Shown: piece by piece, positions 51,323 through 62,150 of the stretch
Position numbering within the stretch: the first letter of the stretch is position 1
Layout of the letters: every line of letters starts with the position of its first letter
Assembly: GCA_965116925.1 (NCBI GenBank)
Contig: OZ220744.1
Coordinates: forward strand, 5,120,001 to 5,184,000
Source of the DNA: Candidatus Poribacteria bacterium
Lineage (GTDB): Bacteria > Poribacteria > WGA-4E > PCPOR2b
DNA: 64,000 nucleotides
Direction of reading: 5' to 3'
Position numbers and translations under genes: made by a program
The notes under the pieces: model-generated
Databases searched by the model: none
Told to the model about the DNA's origin: nothing
The model's input: the letters and a program-made list of their open reading frames with translations, nothing else

Positions 51323-51979
51323 ATGGCAGTTACCATAGAAAAGATGTTTGACTTTCCGGGACCCCAACCAAACGGCATGCAAGCCACAGAGGATGGAATC
51401 TGGTTTCTGGATCAGGTCTCAAATCAGGCACTCCTTGTCTCCTACGAAGGAGAAACCTTGAAGGCTATCGACACAGATTCCGAACACGGGAGCGGTGTCA
51501 CGGTGGACGGTACGAACCTTTGGCTCGCATCAACCTTTGTCCCGACGCGCATCGAAGCCGATGGTCCCGTAATTCTAAAGGTTGACCCAGCAAATGGAAA
51601 AACCCTTGAGTCTTATCCGACAGAGGGTGCACAGAAGTCAGGGGCGCACGGATTGGAGTGGCGCGATGGCAAGTTGTGGATGGCAGTGCCACCTTCAGCG
51701 ACAGTTTACCAGTTAGATCCAGAGAACGATCTCGCTGTCCTGCATTCTTTCCCGGCCCCCGGTGTTCGTCCGCACGGTCTCGCGTGGGAGGGAGATGATC
51801 TCTGGTGCGTTGAGACAAACTACCGTGCTATCTATCGCATGAATCTCAAAGATGGTTCAATTATTGATAAGATCGAAATTCCCGAACCACACCCAGAACC
51901 GCACGGCATGACCCGCTGGGATGGGTGCTTCTGGTACTGTGACGCCGGATCGGGAGCCGTTTGCCGGGTGTCGGTCTAG
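51323..51979 (+). CDS. Beta-propeller protein (Vgb/glutaminyl cyclase-like repeats)
   Basis: Repeated P.G..W.G..LW units; AAGGAG RBS before MAVTIEK. Confidence 0.75.
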   Translation: MAVTIEKMFDFPGPQPNGMQATEDGIWFLDQVSNQALLVSYEGETLKAIDTDSEHGSGVTVDGTNLWLASTFVPTRIEADGPVILKVDPANGKTLESYPTEGAQKSGAHGLEWRDGKLWMAVPPSATVYQLDPENDLAVLHSFPAPGVRPHGLAWEGDDLWCVETNYRAIYRMNLKDGSIIDKIEIPEPHPEPHGMTRWDGCFWYCDAGSGAVCRVSV

Positions 51980-52018
51980 TATCTCAAATTGCACAACGGT
52001 TCTTTATTGGAGTAAAAA

Positions 52019-54070
52019 GTGAACCACCCTGAACCCCTATTGCGCGTTGACAACCTCAAGACCTACTTTCGTACTGCGGAAGGGCTTGCCCTCGCTGTCG
52101 ATGGTGTGTCCTTTGAGATTCAGCATAACGAGATTTTTGCGATTGTTGGGGAATCCGGATGCGGCAAGAGCGTGACAGCGTTATCAATCAGTCAGCTCGT
52201 GCCGCAGCCTGCAGGATTTATCGCCGGAGGTGAGATTCACTATAAAAGCAGGGAAATCACCCGATTGCCAGAGGTAGAGAAGCGAAAGATTCGCGGCAAC
52301 GAGATTGCGATGATTTTCCAAGAACCTATGACCAGTCTCAATCCTGTGTTTACCGTTGGGAATCAGATTCTCGAAGCCATCCAGCAGCATCAAGAGATAG
52401 CCGGGAAAGCCGCGAAGGACGCTGCTATCGAGATGTTGGATCTGGTCGGCATCCCTGAGCCAGTGCGGCGTTTTGAGGAATACCCCCACCAGCTTTCGGG
52501 CGGTATGAGGCAGCGTGTGATGATAGCAATTGCGCTATCGTGTCGCCCGGGCCTGCTTATCGCTGATGAGCCGACGACCGCGTTAGATGTTACCATTCAG
52601 GCGCAGATTCTCGAACTGATTAAGCAGCTCCAACGCGAGTTTGGTATGGCAGTGCTGCTGATTACCCACGACCTTGGCGTTGTCTCCGAGATGGCGGATC
52701 GCGTTGCTATTATGTACGCTGGCAAGATTGTCGAGACCAGCGATTGGGGGACACTCTACCACAATCCCCACCACCCCTACACCACCAAGCTGCTTGACTC
52801 CCTCCCCTCGCGTCAAAAGCGCGGCGATTCCTTGCAAACAATCCAAGGACGTGTCCCGCAGGCGACGCAATACCCTGATGGGTGTCGCTTTGCGGATCGG
52901 TGTCCTCAAGTCATGAACGGTTGTGATACTATTTTGCCACCGTCGATTGAGATCGGGGTAGGACACCACACCGCATGTCACCTTTACAACCCTGATTTTA
53001 ATCGCACCGATGATGCAGCAGAGATTACTGCTGCCCCAACTTCAGCTACTGCGGTGCCTGCTACTTCTTCCCAGTCTGATAGCACCGGCGAACCATTCAT
53101 TCAGATGAACAACCTTCGCGTCCATTTTCCAATCGTAAAGGGCATACTCAAGCGGACAGCTGGCTATGTCTATGCGGTGGATGGGGTTAGTCTTACCATT
53201 CCTAAAGGGAAAACGCTCGCCCTCGTCGGGGAGTCTGGGTGTGGGAAAACAACGCTCGGTAAAGCAGCACTTCGGCTCGGCGTTCCGATTCAAGGGGAAA
53301 TCCGTTACGATGATGTTGACCTAGCGCAGTTGAGTCGATCTGAACTTCACCCCTATCGACGACAACTTCAGATTATTTTCCAAGACCCCTACTCATCGCT
53401 GAATCCACGTGCAATGGTCGGTCAGACGATTCAGGAAGGCATGATAGCCCACGGCATTGGGGCAAATCGTTCGGAGCGGGAAGACCGGGTGCGCGAACTG
53501 ATGCAGCGTGTCGGACTGTCTCCTGACATGGTCAGTCGCTATCCTCATGAGTTCTCAGGTGGGCAACGCCAACGGATCGGCATCGCCCGGTGCTTGGCTG
53601 TTGAACCCGAATTTATCGTTTGCGACGAGGCGACGAGCGCACTGGATGTCTCCGTCCAAGCGCAGATTTTGAACCTGCTCAAGGAACTTCAGGACGACTT
53701 GAATCTGACCTATCTGTTTATCACTCACAACCTTTCTGTCGTAGAATATCTCGCGGACGAGGTGGCGGTGATGTATCTGGGTCGAATCGTTGAACGGGGA
53801 ACTACCGAAGAGATCTTCGACCAACCCAAGCACCCTTACACCCGTGCGTTGCTATCGGCTGTACCCAAAATCGATCCAGAGACCGGCATCGAAAAGATTC
53901 AGCTGGAAGGAGATGTACCCTCTCCGATTAATCCACCGAGAGGCTGTCACTTTCATCCACGTTGTCCTGAAGCGATGCCACATTGCAGCGAGGCGTATCC
54001 TGACGAAATCTCGTTCACGGAAACCCATTCGTGCCGATGCTACCTCTATGACACGAAGGACACAAATTGA
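52019..54070 (+). CDS. Fused OppD/OppF-type peptide ABC ATPase
   Basis: Two GESGCGK Walker A motifs, two LSGG/FSGG signatures and two oligo_HPY/GC.F..RCP tails. Confidence 0.95.
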   Translation: MNHPEPLLRVDNLKTYFRTAEGLALAVDGVSFEIQHNEIFAIVGESGCGKSVTALSISQLVPQPAGFIAGGEIHYKSREITRLPEVEKRKIRGNEIAMIFQEPMTSLNPVFTVGNQILEAIQQHQEIAGKAAKDAAIEMLDLVGIPEPVRRFEEYPHQLSGGMRQRVMIAIALSCRPGLLIADEPTTALDVTIQAQILELIKQLQREFGMAVLLITHDLGVVSEMADRVAIMYAGKIVETSDWGTLYHNPHHPYTTKLLDSLPSRQKRGDSLQTIQGRVPQATQYPDGCRFADRCPQVMNGCDTILPPSIEIGVGHHTACHLYNPDFNRTDDAAEITAAPTSATAVPATSSQSDSTGEPFIQMNNLRVHFPIVKGILKRTAGYVYAVDGVSLTIPKGKTLALVGESGCGKTTLGKAALRLGVPIQGEIRYDDVDLAQLSRSELHPYRRQLQIIFQDPYSSLNPRAMVGQTIQEGMIAHGIGANRSEREDRVRELMQRVGLSPDMVSRYPHEFSGGQRQRIGIARCLAVEPEFIVCDEATSALDVSVQAQILNLLKELQDDLNLTYLFITHNLSVVEYLADEVAVMYLGRIVERGTTEEIFDQPKHPYTRALLSAVPKIDPETGIEKIQLEGDVPSPINPPRGCHFHPRCPEAMPHCSEAYPDEISFTETHSCRCYLYDTKDTN

Positions 54071-54108
54071 ACTGGAGAAAACGAGAAAACGAGAAAACGA
54101 GATTGCTG

Positions 54109-54498
54109 TTACTCTCTTGATCTGAGTACCCACTTTTCAGGATTGTTTCCCATGTTGATAAGTTTGCCGAGAATGTCATCGTACTTCTTATGCAGACGAG
54201 TTCCATCATCTCGACTTATGTATCCACACTTCACAGAATATTCAAGCCAAACTTGAGTTTCAGCCGCTTCACCCTCCGCTTCATTCATTTTATTAACGAA
54301 CACTGCTTCATATTTCCTACGCTTCCAGCCCTCCGCGATTTGACCAGAAATTGACCGCGAAGCACGACGAATCTGATTCGTCAAGCTATAGACTTCCTCT
54401 GTTGGGAATGCTTTAGACAATTCGTAAATCTCCATAGCAGCTTCGACAGAAAGTTGATATACATCAAGCTGCCAATGATACTGAATCTTATGAGCCCT
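54109..54498 (-). CDS. Four-helix-bundle (IVS/S23 ribosomal-like) protein; conserved N-terminus lacks a start codon
   Basis: L.VYQ..., FP.EE.YSLT.QIRRASRS....IAEGW and EAAETQ.W motifs; AGG occupies the expected start position. Confidence 0.8.
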   Translation of the reverse strand, partial: RAHKIQYHWQLDVYQLSVEAAMEIYELSKAFPTEEVYSLTNQIRRASRSISGQIAEGWKRRKYEAVFVNKMNEAEGEAAETQVWLEYSVKCGYISRDDGTRLHKKYDDILGKLINMGNNPEKWVLRSRE

Positions 54499-54550
54499 CC
54501 CTCTTTACCTACTCCTATCTCGTCTTCTCGTTTTCCCGTTTTCAGATCCT

Positions 54551-56113
54551 CTAGTTCGTTGGGTTTTCCAGCGTGACGAATGCAGCACCCCTGTTGTTTG
54601 GTTGCCGGATGTATAGCAGAATCTTTGATTTATCCTTAACCGCTTCAATTTGCTCACGGTAATCCTTCAGGTTTGAAATTTCCACGCCTTCAATCTCCTG
54701 AATCAGAGTGCCCACATTAATCTGCGCTCTTGCGGCGGCGCTGCGTCGCTCAACCGCAGCAACAAGCACGCCGCTTTCGCCGTCATACCCATATTGCGCT
54801 GCTAGCTCATCAGTCAAATCCTGCACATGAATGTCCGCAAACGCTCCCACATCTTCTTCATCGGGAACAAAACGTTCACTACCCCTACCACTTAACCTCG
54901 CAAGCACTTCTTGAGTACGCTTTTCAAGTTTGACTCTTAGCACTTTCTCTTTCCCATCGCGAATCACTTTCACTTGAACCGTTTTACCAACACCCGCTGC
55001 GGCAACCACGTGCATCAGGTGATTGCTATCACGGATGGGTATCTTATCAAACTCAACAATCACATCCCTACGACGAATACCGGCTTTCTCTGCGGGCATC
55101 CCTTTGTACGCCTCTCTAATCAACGCACCACGAGGTTCGTCAAGTTTTAACTTCTCTGCCAAGTCATAGTCAAGAGGTTGAAGTGCAACACCCAGCCAGC
55201 CACGCTCAACTTCCCCTTTTTCAATCAATTGGATCATAATCCGTTTTGCGAGATTAATCGGGATCGCGAAGCCAACGCCGGCATTGCTTTGTGAAAATCC
55301 ACCGCCGGTGGCGATTGCCGTGTTAATGCCAATTAACTCACCACGGATATTAATGAGTGCGCCGCCGCTGTTACCACGATTGATTGCAGCATCGGTTTGG
55401 ATGAAGTCCGCGTACTCAACGATGCCAATGTCAGAAGCCGTGCGTCCTTTTGCACTGACCATCCCGCGTGTTACTGTTTGGGCAAGTCCGAATGGACTAC
55501 CGATGGCGATTACCCATTCTCCGGTTTGAAGTTCTTCCGAGTTGCCGAGAGGCAAGGCAGGCAAGCCGTCTCCATCAATCTTCAGAACAGCGAGATCCGT
55601 GCCTTGGCGCCCCGCATCTTTTCCAACGACCTTCGCCTGATATTTGCGTCCGTTCGGCAATACCACCACAATACCCTCGGCACCTTCAATGACGTGGTTA
55701 TTCGTTAAGATGTAGCCGTCTTCGCTAACAATAACCCCGGATCCAAGTCCGCTCGGCACCTCTTCTTTCTCCTCAGGATCGTCTTGATTTTGCGGTTCAC
55801 GACGCTCTCGGGGACCGAACCAAAACTCGAATAAATCGTCACCGAAAAAATCCGAAGGTCCCTGGCGCGTTGAGACCAAACGGGTTGTCGTAACTTGCAC
55901 AACAGCGGGTTTCGCACGATTTACTACTTCGATGAATGCGCGATTTGCCCGTTCCAAATATTCAAAATCCTGATTAAAACTATCGCTGGTTTGACCAAGT
56001 GCGGTCTGAGGGGTAAACGTCGGATTATCTGTGTTGATCGTTACACCGACAGTGACTATTAATGCTATAACTACGAGTGAAATTATCCATTTGGTTGAAT
56101 GTGACTTAAACAT
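54551..56113 (-). CDS. htrA: DegP/DegQ (HtrA) serine protease with two PDZ domains
   Basis: GSGVI, TNNHV, DLAV and IQTDAAINRGNSGGAL motifs. Confidence 0.95.
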   Translation of the reverse strand: MFKSHSTKWIISLVVIALIVTVGVTINTDNPTFTPQTALGQTSDSFNQDFEYLERANRAFIEVVNRAKPAVVQVTTTRLVSTRQGPSDFFGDDLFEFWFGPRERREPQNQDDPEEKEEVPSGLGSGVIVSEDGYILTNNHVIEGAEGIVVVLPNGRKYQAKVVGKDAGRQGTDLAVLKIDGDGLPALPLGNSEELQTGEWVIAIGSPFGLAQTVTRGMVSAKGRTASDIGIVEYADFIQTDAAINRGNSGGALINIRGELIGINTAIATGGGFSQSNAGVGFAIPINLAKRIMIQLIEKGEVERGWLGVALQPLDYDLAEKLKLDEPRGALIREAYKGMPAEKAGIRRRDVIVEFDKIPIRDSNHLMHVVAAAGVGKTVQVKVIRDGKEKVLRVKLEKRTQEVLARLSGRGSERFVPDEEDVGAFADIHVQDLTDELAAQYGYDGESGVLVAAVERRSAAARAQINVGTLIQEIEGVEISNLKDYREQIEAVKDKSKILLYIRQPNNRGAAFVTLENPTN

Positions 56114-56190
56114 TTTAGACCCTCCTTTTCTGGTTCAAAACACACCACTATCTAAATAAAAGTTTCAAAAAAGTACGGCACATTAGACAT

Positions 56191-56228
56191 AAAAAAAGCG
56201 TCTTACGTTTAGACGCAAGACGCTTTTT
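56191..56228 (-). terminator. Intrinsic terminator after hsp20
   Basis: AAAAAAAGCGTCTT...AAGACGCTTTTTT. Confidence 0.8.
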
Positions 56229-56242
56229 TCCAAATCAGGTGA

Positions 56243-56689
56243 TTATTCAACACTGATTTGAATCTCTTTGGGTTCAACCTCTTTTACTTTTGGAATGGAC
56301 ACGGTCAACACACCATTCGTGAATTTGGCTTTAATATCTTGAGGTTCTAAGTTCGCCGGCAATGTGAAAGACCGTTGAAACCGACCGTAACTCCGTTCAA
56401 CGCGATGGTACTTCTTGTCCTCTGCCTCGTTTTCCTGTGTTTTTTCACCTTTGAGTGTGAGAACATCATCCGTCACGGCAACTTGGACATCCTGCTCGGA
56501 AAGCCCCGGCATTTCGGCACGGATTTCAACGTGCTCATTTGCTTCTAGGATGTCAACAACCGGCATCCAATCCAAAGTCTCACCTTCTGTGCGGGAGCGT
56601 GCAGGTCTATACCATTGGTCAAAAAATCGGTTCATGTCATTGTGAATACTAAAAAGGTCTTGTATCGGTCTCCTTGCTAGACTTCTCAT
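56243..56689 (-). CDS. Hsp20 small heat shock protein
   Basis: W.P.VDI.E, AEMPG, ERSYG.F.RSF.LP and NGVL.V.IPK motifs; AGGAGG RBS before MRSLARR. Confidence 0.95.
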   Translation of the reverse strand: MRSLARRPIQDLFSIHNDMNRFFDQWYRPARSRTEGETLDWMPVVDILEANEHVEIRAEMPGLSEQDVQVAVTDDVLTLKGEKTQENEAEDKKYHRVERSYGRFQRSFTLPANLEPQDIKAKFTNGVLTVSIPKVKEVEPKEIQISVE

Positions 56690-56760
56690 TTTTTGTTCCT
56701 CCTGTTGTTCTGATTTGTGATTAGTTTTATGAGTATTGTTACTCAAACGATCTGATATAG

Positions 56761-56776
56761 AGCAAGTGTCATGCCA
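56761..56776 (-). promoter_or_regulatory. sigma54 (-24/-12) promoter of hsp20-htrA
   Basis: Minus strand TGGCATGACACTTGCT (GG-N10-GC); candidate UAS TGTCA-N3-TG(G/A)C at 56921-56937 and 56967-56985. Confidence 0.8.
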
Positions 56777-57208
56777 AACTCTGTTTCTTTTATAAATTAG
56801 AAGGATGAAACATCGCCCAATCCCTGTTAAGACAAGGGTTTCAGCGATGTTTGGACAGCGGAGCCTAGAACCGCTTATAGAGGGTTGGGTTGAGGGACGC
56901 TGCTTGCTATTGAATCACTATATGTCATTATGGCATAGTTTGCGGTTAGACTATCATGCAGCAACAATATGTCATTTTGACCTATTTCTTGGTATAATTG
57001 TTGCAATTGCGTTATACCAATTCTGAGTCCGTGCGTTGCTAGTCTTATGAAGGATCGAAATATTCATAAGTCTCCCCGATAGAAAGATGATAATACATAG
57101 CAGGGAATCTGTCGGCGACGGGAGGGGCACGAAAATGTTTTCAATCCATTCCGTTTTGTGCGAAAATGGTTTCTCCATCAGGTCACTAAGTTTGGGGAGG
57201 TGCTTGTA

Positions 57209-60200
57209 ATGAAACGGGCGTTGTCACGATTCCTACTAATCGGACTGCTACTTGTCGGCGAAGTGTGGGAAGCAGCTGCCCAATCGCAGGGAGATCCAAT
57301 CAGCATCGTCGGTGCCCTCTTCATGCCTATCCCCGATCATACCACCCCGCATGTCGCGGTGCTTGTCCAAGCCGTTAAGGATAGCGAAGTAGTTGACACA
57401 ACGTTGAGCGACGAAACAGGTAGGTTTTCGTTTGCCAACCTGAAACCCGGGCGGTACCAAGTACGGTGCCAAACGCCGGCGGGATATGTCTATCCAGTAG
57501 AAGGAGAAACACATCCGGTCGGTGTTGGAGAAACACTTCAAGTGCATTTCCACATCAGCCCTTTCAAAAAAGGAACGTGGAGACACTATGATACCCTTGA
57601 TGGATTGGCAGATAACGATATTACCGCCATCCACCGTACACCCGATGGTGTCATGTGGTTTGGAACCGATGGCGGCGGTGTCTCTGTATACGATGGCGAA
57701 CGGTTCAACACCTTTACAACCCAAGACGGATTGGCGAGTAACTTCGTCCGTTCTATCTATAGCGCAGACGATACTACCATCTGGTTCGCAACCCAAGCTG
57801 GCGTGTCGCGCTATGACAGTACCCATGGGAACGACAGGCCGCCATTCACCAATCTAACGGAAAAAGAGGGTTTGGCTCATAACGATGTCTACACGATTTA
57901 TCAGACAACGGATGGGGTGCTATGGTTTGGAACGGCAGACGGCATCTTCCAATACAACGGCAAAAAAATTGTCAATCTGACGGAGGAAAATGGATTGACA
58001 CGCGACCATATCTATGCTATTTGCCAAACTTCAGATGGTGTGCTGTGGTTTGCGACACGCGGGAGTGGCGTGTTTGTATATAATGGAGAGGAAATTACCA
58101 AACATTTGGTGGAAGAGGATGGGTTGGTGGACAATCGTGTGTATACCATTTATGCCGCTCCTGATGACAAACTATGGTTTGGTACTGACAGTGGTGTCTC
58201 TGTATACGATGGAAGTGGATTTGTCAAGCATCTCACGGGGAAGGATGGGTTGATGCACAACCGTGTACGCGCCATTTGTCAGGACCCGGAGGGTATGATG
58301 TGGTTCGGTACACCGGCGGGTGCGTCTCGGTACGACGGGAAGACAGTGGTCAACTTTACTCTAGAAGATGGTCTGAAACATAATTCTGTTGCCGCAATCT
58401 ACCCTGTTCCTGATGGGACGATATGGTTTGGGACAGATGGCGGCGGTATTTCCACTTACGATGGAAATGGATTTGTCAACTTCACTGAGGTAGAGGGACT
58501 CGCAAGTAACTGGATTCATGATATCCATCAGGTCCCAGGGGGAGCGATATGGTTTGGGACATCGGCCGGGGTTTCTCGGTACGACCTCGATCCATCGCCC
58601 GGAACGGATGGACGTCGATTTGTTAATTTTACGGCTCAGGACGGTCTGGTTAATGACATCGTACGGGCTGTCTATCACGATTCGGATGGAGGAATGTGGT
58701 TTGGGACGGAGGACGGTATATCTCAATACAATCCAACCCATCACCCTGACGGAAGGCTATTCGTTAATCTCACCACACAAGATGGTTTAGTCAACGATAC
58801 TGTGAGAGCCATCCACCGTACACCCGATGGAACGATGTGGTTCGGAACCGATGGAGGTGTGTCTGTGTATAACGGGGAACGATTCGTCAATCTCACGGCG
58901 CAAGACGGGTTGGCAGACAACCGCATTCGTGCCATCTGTGGGACCCCCAACGGGATGTTGTGGTTTGGGACATACGCCGGTGTGTCCCGTTATCAGCTCA
59001 CAGCGCGCGAAACCGAGAATCGGCTTGTCAACTTCACCAGCGCAGAGGGGCTGCCGAGTAATTTCGTCTATGACCTCCTACCTGCGCCCGATGGGGTGAT
59101 GTGGTTTGCAACATACAGCGGTGTATCGCGCTACCATGCCTCCCCTCTTTCCGATGGAGTGCCATTTGTCAACTTTACAATCAAAGATGGATTGGTGGAT
59201 AACCAGGTCAACACCCTTTATCGGAGTGCTGATGGAACGATGTGGTTTGGAACCGATGGGGGTGTCTCCATGTACGATGGGGTGGCGTGGGGTTCTTTGG
59301 ATACATGGGAAGGATTGGTCGGTGCCAACGTGACGGCAATTCACGAAGACACAAACGGATTCTTATGGTTCGGAACAACCGAAGGTATAACGCGCTATCG
59401 TCGAAATATCGTGCCCTCAACGGTTCGTATCGTAGCTGTAAATGCTGCGTCGGTGCGATCCGACAGGCGATATACACCTTCCGAGAGAATCCCATCTATC
59501 ACCGCCGGCAGCACCGTCACCATCGAATATCAAACCATCGACTTCAAAACCCACCCACAGAAGCGGCAGTATCGTTATCGAATTAAAGAAATTGACGAGG
59601 GGGAACGCTCCACTGCACAACCCTATCTCCCACCAACCAAAGAGACACTGTTTGCGTGGACGCCCCAAAAAGCAGGTATCTATATTTTTGAAGTGCGGGC
59701 GATTGATCGCGATTTGAACAGATCTACTCCTGCAAGGATAACTTTAAAAATCGTGCCGCCATGGTATCTCAACGGTTGGATCGCTATACCTTCAGCAATC
59801 GCACTTACGGGCCTCCTCGTCCTGTTCGTTGTTTTCACCGGGCGTTACTATGTCAGGCACCGTGAAACACAGTACCTACGTGAGGAGATGTTGCAACAGG
59901 AACAGAGTGCTCGGGAACAAGCGGAGGGAAATGCCAATACGCTTCGTAGTCTCGCTCATGCCGTTAAAAATCCGCTGGCAATCATCGAAGCCTGTTCAGA
60001 AAATTTGACGATGTTAGAGCAGACAACGCCTACAGGAACGCATTCTAAAGACGCCACGGACAGATTCTTGCGAGAAATTAAAGAACAGGTGAATCACGCT
60101 CGTCAGACGGTCAATCAATTGCTTGAGGCAGCGGCACAACCCGAATTTCAGCTTTTTGATTTACGTCTTCAGATTGAAGTTCTGTTGCACGAAACACTGC

Positions 60201-60631
60201 AAAGAAATCCGAATTGGGAGCATAAAATCACACTCAGTAAACAGTACGAAGCGGTCCCCCACATCCATGGAGATGCGGATAAGCTGCGAATAGCGTTTGA
60301 GAACCTTGTTATTAATGCGTGTGAGGCGATGGAGGAGACCGGGGGCACCCTAACCCTCCGAATGAACCGGATAGTTGATGTTGTCCAGATTGATATACAA
60401 GATACCGGCTGCGGTATTGACGCGGAAGGGTTACGAAATGTCTTTAAACCGCTCTATTCAACGAAAAAGGATAGAGGCGGCACCGGGTTAGGCATGTGGA
60501 TTGCACAGCAAATTATCAATGAACACCGTGGGCAGATTGATATTCGGTCAAAACCCGGTGTTGGAACAACTATCTATATAGAGTTGCCGATTTTCTTACT
60601 ACGACAACGACGAGATGTATCACTACTGTAG
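57209..60631 (+). CDS. Sensor histidine kinase with beta-propeller (Reg_prop) and Y_Y_Y periplasmic domains
   Basis: Signal peptide; many DGL..N.V.AI....DG.MWFGT..G.S.Y repeats; TM; AHAVKNPL; NLV.NA, D.G.G and GTGLG motifs. Confidence 0.93.
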   Translation: MKRALSRFLLIGLLLVGEVWEAAAQSQGDPISIVGALFMPIPDHTTPHVAVLVQAVKDSEVVDTTLSDETGRFSFANLKPGRYQVRCQTPAGYVYPVEGETHPVGVGETLQVHFHISPFKKGTWRHYDTLDGLADNDITAIHRTPDGVMWFGTDGGGVSVYDGERFNTFTTQDGLASNFVRSIYSADDTTIWFATQAGVSRYDSTHGNDRPPFTNLTEKEGLAHNDVYTIYQTTDGVLWFGTADGIFQYNGKKIVNLTEENGLTRDHIYAICQTSDGVLWFATRGSGVFVYNGEEITKHLVEEDGLVDNRVYTIYAAPDDKLWFGTDSGVSVYDGSGFVKHLTGKDGLMHNRVRAICQDPEGMMWFGTPAGASRYDGKTVVNFTLEDGLKHNSVAAIYPVPDGTIWFGTDGGGISTYDGNGFVNFTEVEGLASNWIHDIHQVPGGAIWFGTSAGVSRYDLDPSPGTDGRRFVNFTAQDGLVNDIVRAVYHDSDGGMWFGTEDGISQYNPTHHPDGRLFVNLTTQDGLVNDTVRAIHRTPDGTMWFGTDGGVSVYNGERFVNLTAQDGLADNRIRAICGTPNGMLWFGTYAGVSRYQLTARETENRLVNFTSAEGLPSNFVYDLLPAPDGVMWFATYSGVSRYHASPLSDGVPFVNFTIKDGLVDNQVNTLYRSADGTMWFGTDGGVSMYDGVAWGSLDTWEGLVGANVTAIHEDTNGFLWFGTTEGITRYRRNIVPSTVRIVAVNAASVRSDRRYTPSERIPSITAGSTVTIEYQTIDFKTHPQKRQYRYRIKEIDEGERSTAQPYLPPTKETLFAWTPQKAGIYIFEVRAIDRDLNRSTPARITLKIVPPWYLNGWIAIPSAIALTGLLVLFVVFTGRYYVRHRETQYLREEMLQQEQSAREQAEGNANTLRSLAHAVKNPLAIIEACSENLTMLEQTTPTGTHSKDATDRFLREIKEQVNHARQTVNQLLEAAAQPEFQLFDLRLQIEVLLHETLQRNPNWEHKITLSKQYEAVPHIHGDADKLRIAFENLVINACEAMEETGGTLTLRMNRIVDVVQIDIQDTGCGIDAEGLRNVFKPLYSTKKDRGGTGLGMWIAQQIINEHRGQIDIRSKPGVGTTIYIELPIFLLRQRRDVSLL

Positions 60632-60739
60632 GGGTAACCCTCGTGGTTACCCTGTCTGGGTTGTCTGTGTTTTTAGGCAGGTGCAAGTTGCTTTAAATCC
60701 CGATTTCATCGGGGACCTGTCCCTACTGGAGGTGCGATT

Positions 60740-62134
60740 ATGTCAGACGAACCGGGAAAAATCCTCATCATTGAGGACGAAGAAATCTACGCAGACGTGT
60801 ATAGCGCGCGATTGGTGCCTCTTGGATATCAGATTGAGACAGCAACGGATGTGCTAACTGCTTTTCAGAAACTGGAGTCATTCCAGCCGGATATAGTTAT
60901 TCTTGATTTGAGATTGCAACGCCAGGATAGTGAAGAAGGACTTGCGTTTCTAACAGAGATTACGGAGCACAACCCTACCATCAAAGTGATTGTCGTCACT
61001 GTCGAGGGGACTGTAGAAAACGCCATGAAAGCCCACAAGTCGGGTGCTTATGATTTCATTGAGAAGAGAACCCAAGGCTACAACGAGCTACCCTTTCGAG
61101 TTAATCAAGCTTATGAAAAATTACAGTTAGAACGCCGAATCGTGGCCCTGCAACAATCTGAAATTGACCGCATAAAAGGGTATCGCTACGGCCCCGACAA
61201 AATCATCGTTGGGGATTCCGAATCCATGCACCGCTTGTTTGAGAGTGTAGACCGCGTCGCTTCGACAGACGCAACTGTTCTCGTCCTTGGTGAAAGCGGA
61301 ACAGGAAAAGAACTTATCGCCCAAGCGATACACCATCACAGTCCCAGAGCTAAGCAGCCCTTTGTTACGGTTGCCTGCGGCCAAACAGATAATGCCCTGC
61401 TCGGCAGCGAACTCTTTGGATATGAGCGGGGGGCATTCACCGGCGCAACCGGGCGAAAGGGTGGAAAATTTGAGGACGCGAACCGCGGCACCATCTTCCT
61501 TGATGAAATTGCTGAACTGGATGCGGAGTCTCAAGTAAAATTCCTGCGCGTCTTGCAGGAAAGACAGCTTGAACGACTCGGTGGGAAGCAGACCATTGAA
61601 GTGGACGTCCGAGTGATTGCAGCGACTAATAAAAATCTAGAGCAGGCAGTCCAAGAAGGCACATTTCGAGAGGATCTCTACTATCGACTCAACGTTTTTC
61701 CGTTACACGTGCCTCCCTTACGCGAGCGCATATCCGATATACCCCTACTCGCCACCCATTTTCTCACCCAAAAATCACATCTAACCGATGGTAAACAGAT
61801 CAGAGGCTTTCAGGAAACAGCAATGGCATTTTTAATGAGCTACGCATGGCCAGGGAACATCCGTGAACTGGAAAACTGTATCGAACAGGCGGCGATCTTA
61901 GCCACAAGTGATTGGATTTCTACCACTGACCTCCAGATTGATACCGCTAGAAAATTCGATGCCGGCAACAGGGGACTCACCGAATTGCTTGATGAATACG
62001 AGCGGATTTTAATCATAAACGCGCTTGAAAACAGTGTAGACCAGAAAACTGCGGCTGCCCATCTCAGTATCCCTGAGTCAACGTTGAGACGTAAAATGGA
62101 TAAGTACAGTATTAAGAGAAGTCAATCTAGGTAG
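60740..62134 (+). CDS. sigma54-dependent response regulator (NtrC/AtoC-type bEBP)
   Basis: REC domain; GESGTGKE, GAFTGA, FLDEI, FREDLYYRL, WPGNIREL; Fis HTH. Confidence 0.96.
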   Translation: MSDEPGKILIIEDEEIYADVYSARLVPLGYQIETATDVLTAFQKLESFQPDIVILDLRLQRQDSEEGLAFLTEITEHNPTIKVIVVTVEGTVENAMKAHKSGAYDFIEKRTQGYNELPFRVNQAYEKLQLERRIVALQQSEIDRIKGYRYGPDKIIVGDSESMHRLFESVDRVASTDATVLVLGESGTGKELIAQAIHHHSPRAKQPFVTVACGQTDNALLGSELFGYERGAFTGATGRKGGKFEDANRGTIFLDEIAELDAESQVKFLRVLQERQLERLGGKQTIEVDVRVIAATNKNLEQAVQEGTFREDLYYRLNVFPLHVPPLRERISDIPLLATHFLTQKSHLTDGKQIRGFQETAMAFLMSYAWPGNIRELENCIEQAAILATSDWISTTDLQIDTARKFDAGNRGLTELLDEYERILIINALENSVDQKTAAAHLSIPESTLRRKMDKYSIKRSQSR

Positions 62135-62150
62135 GTTCGCCAGAAGCTGC

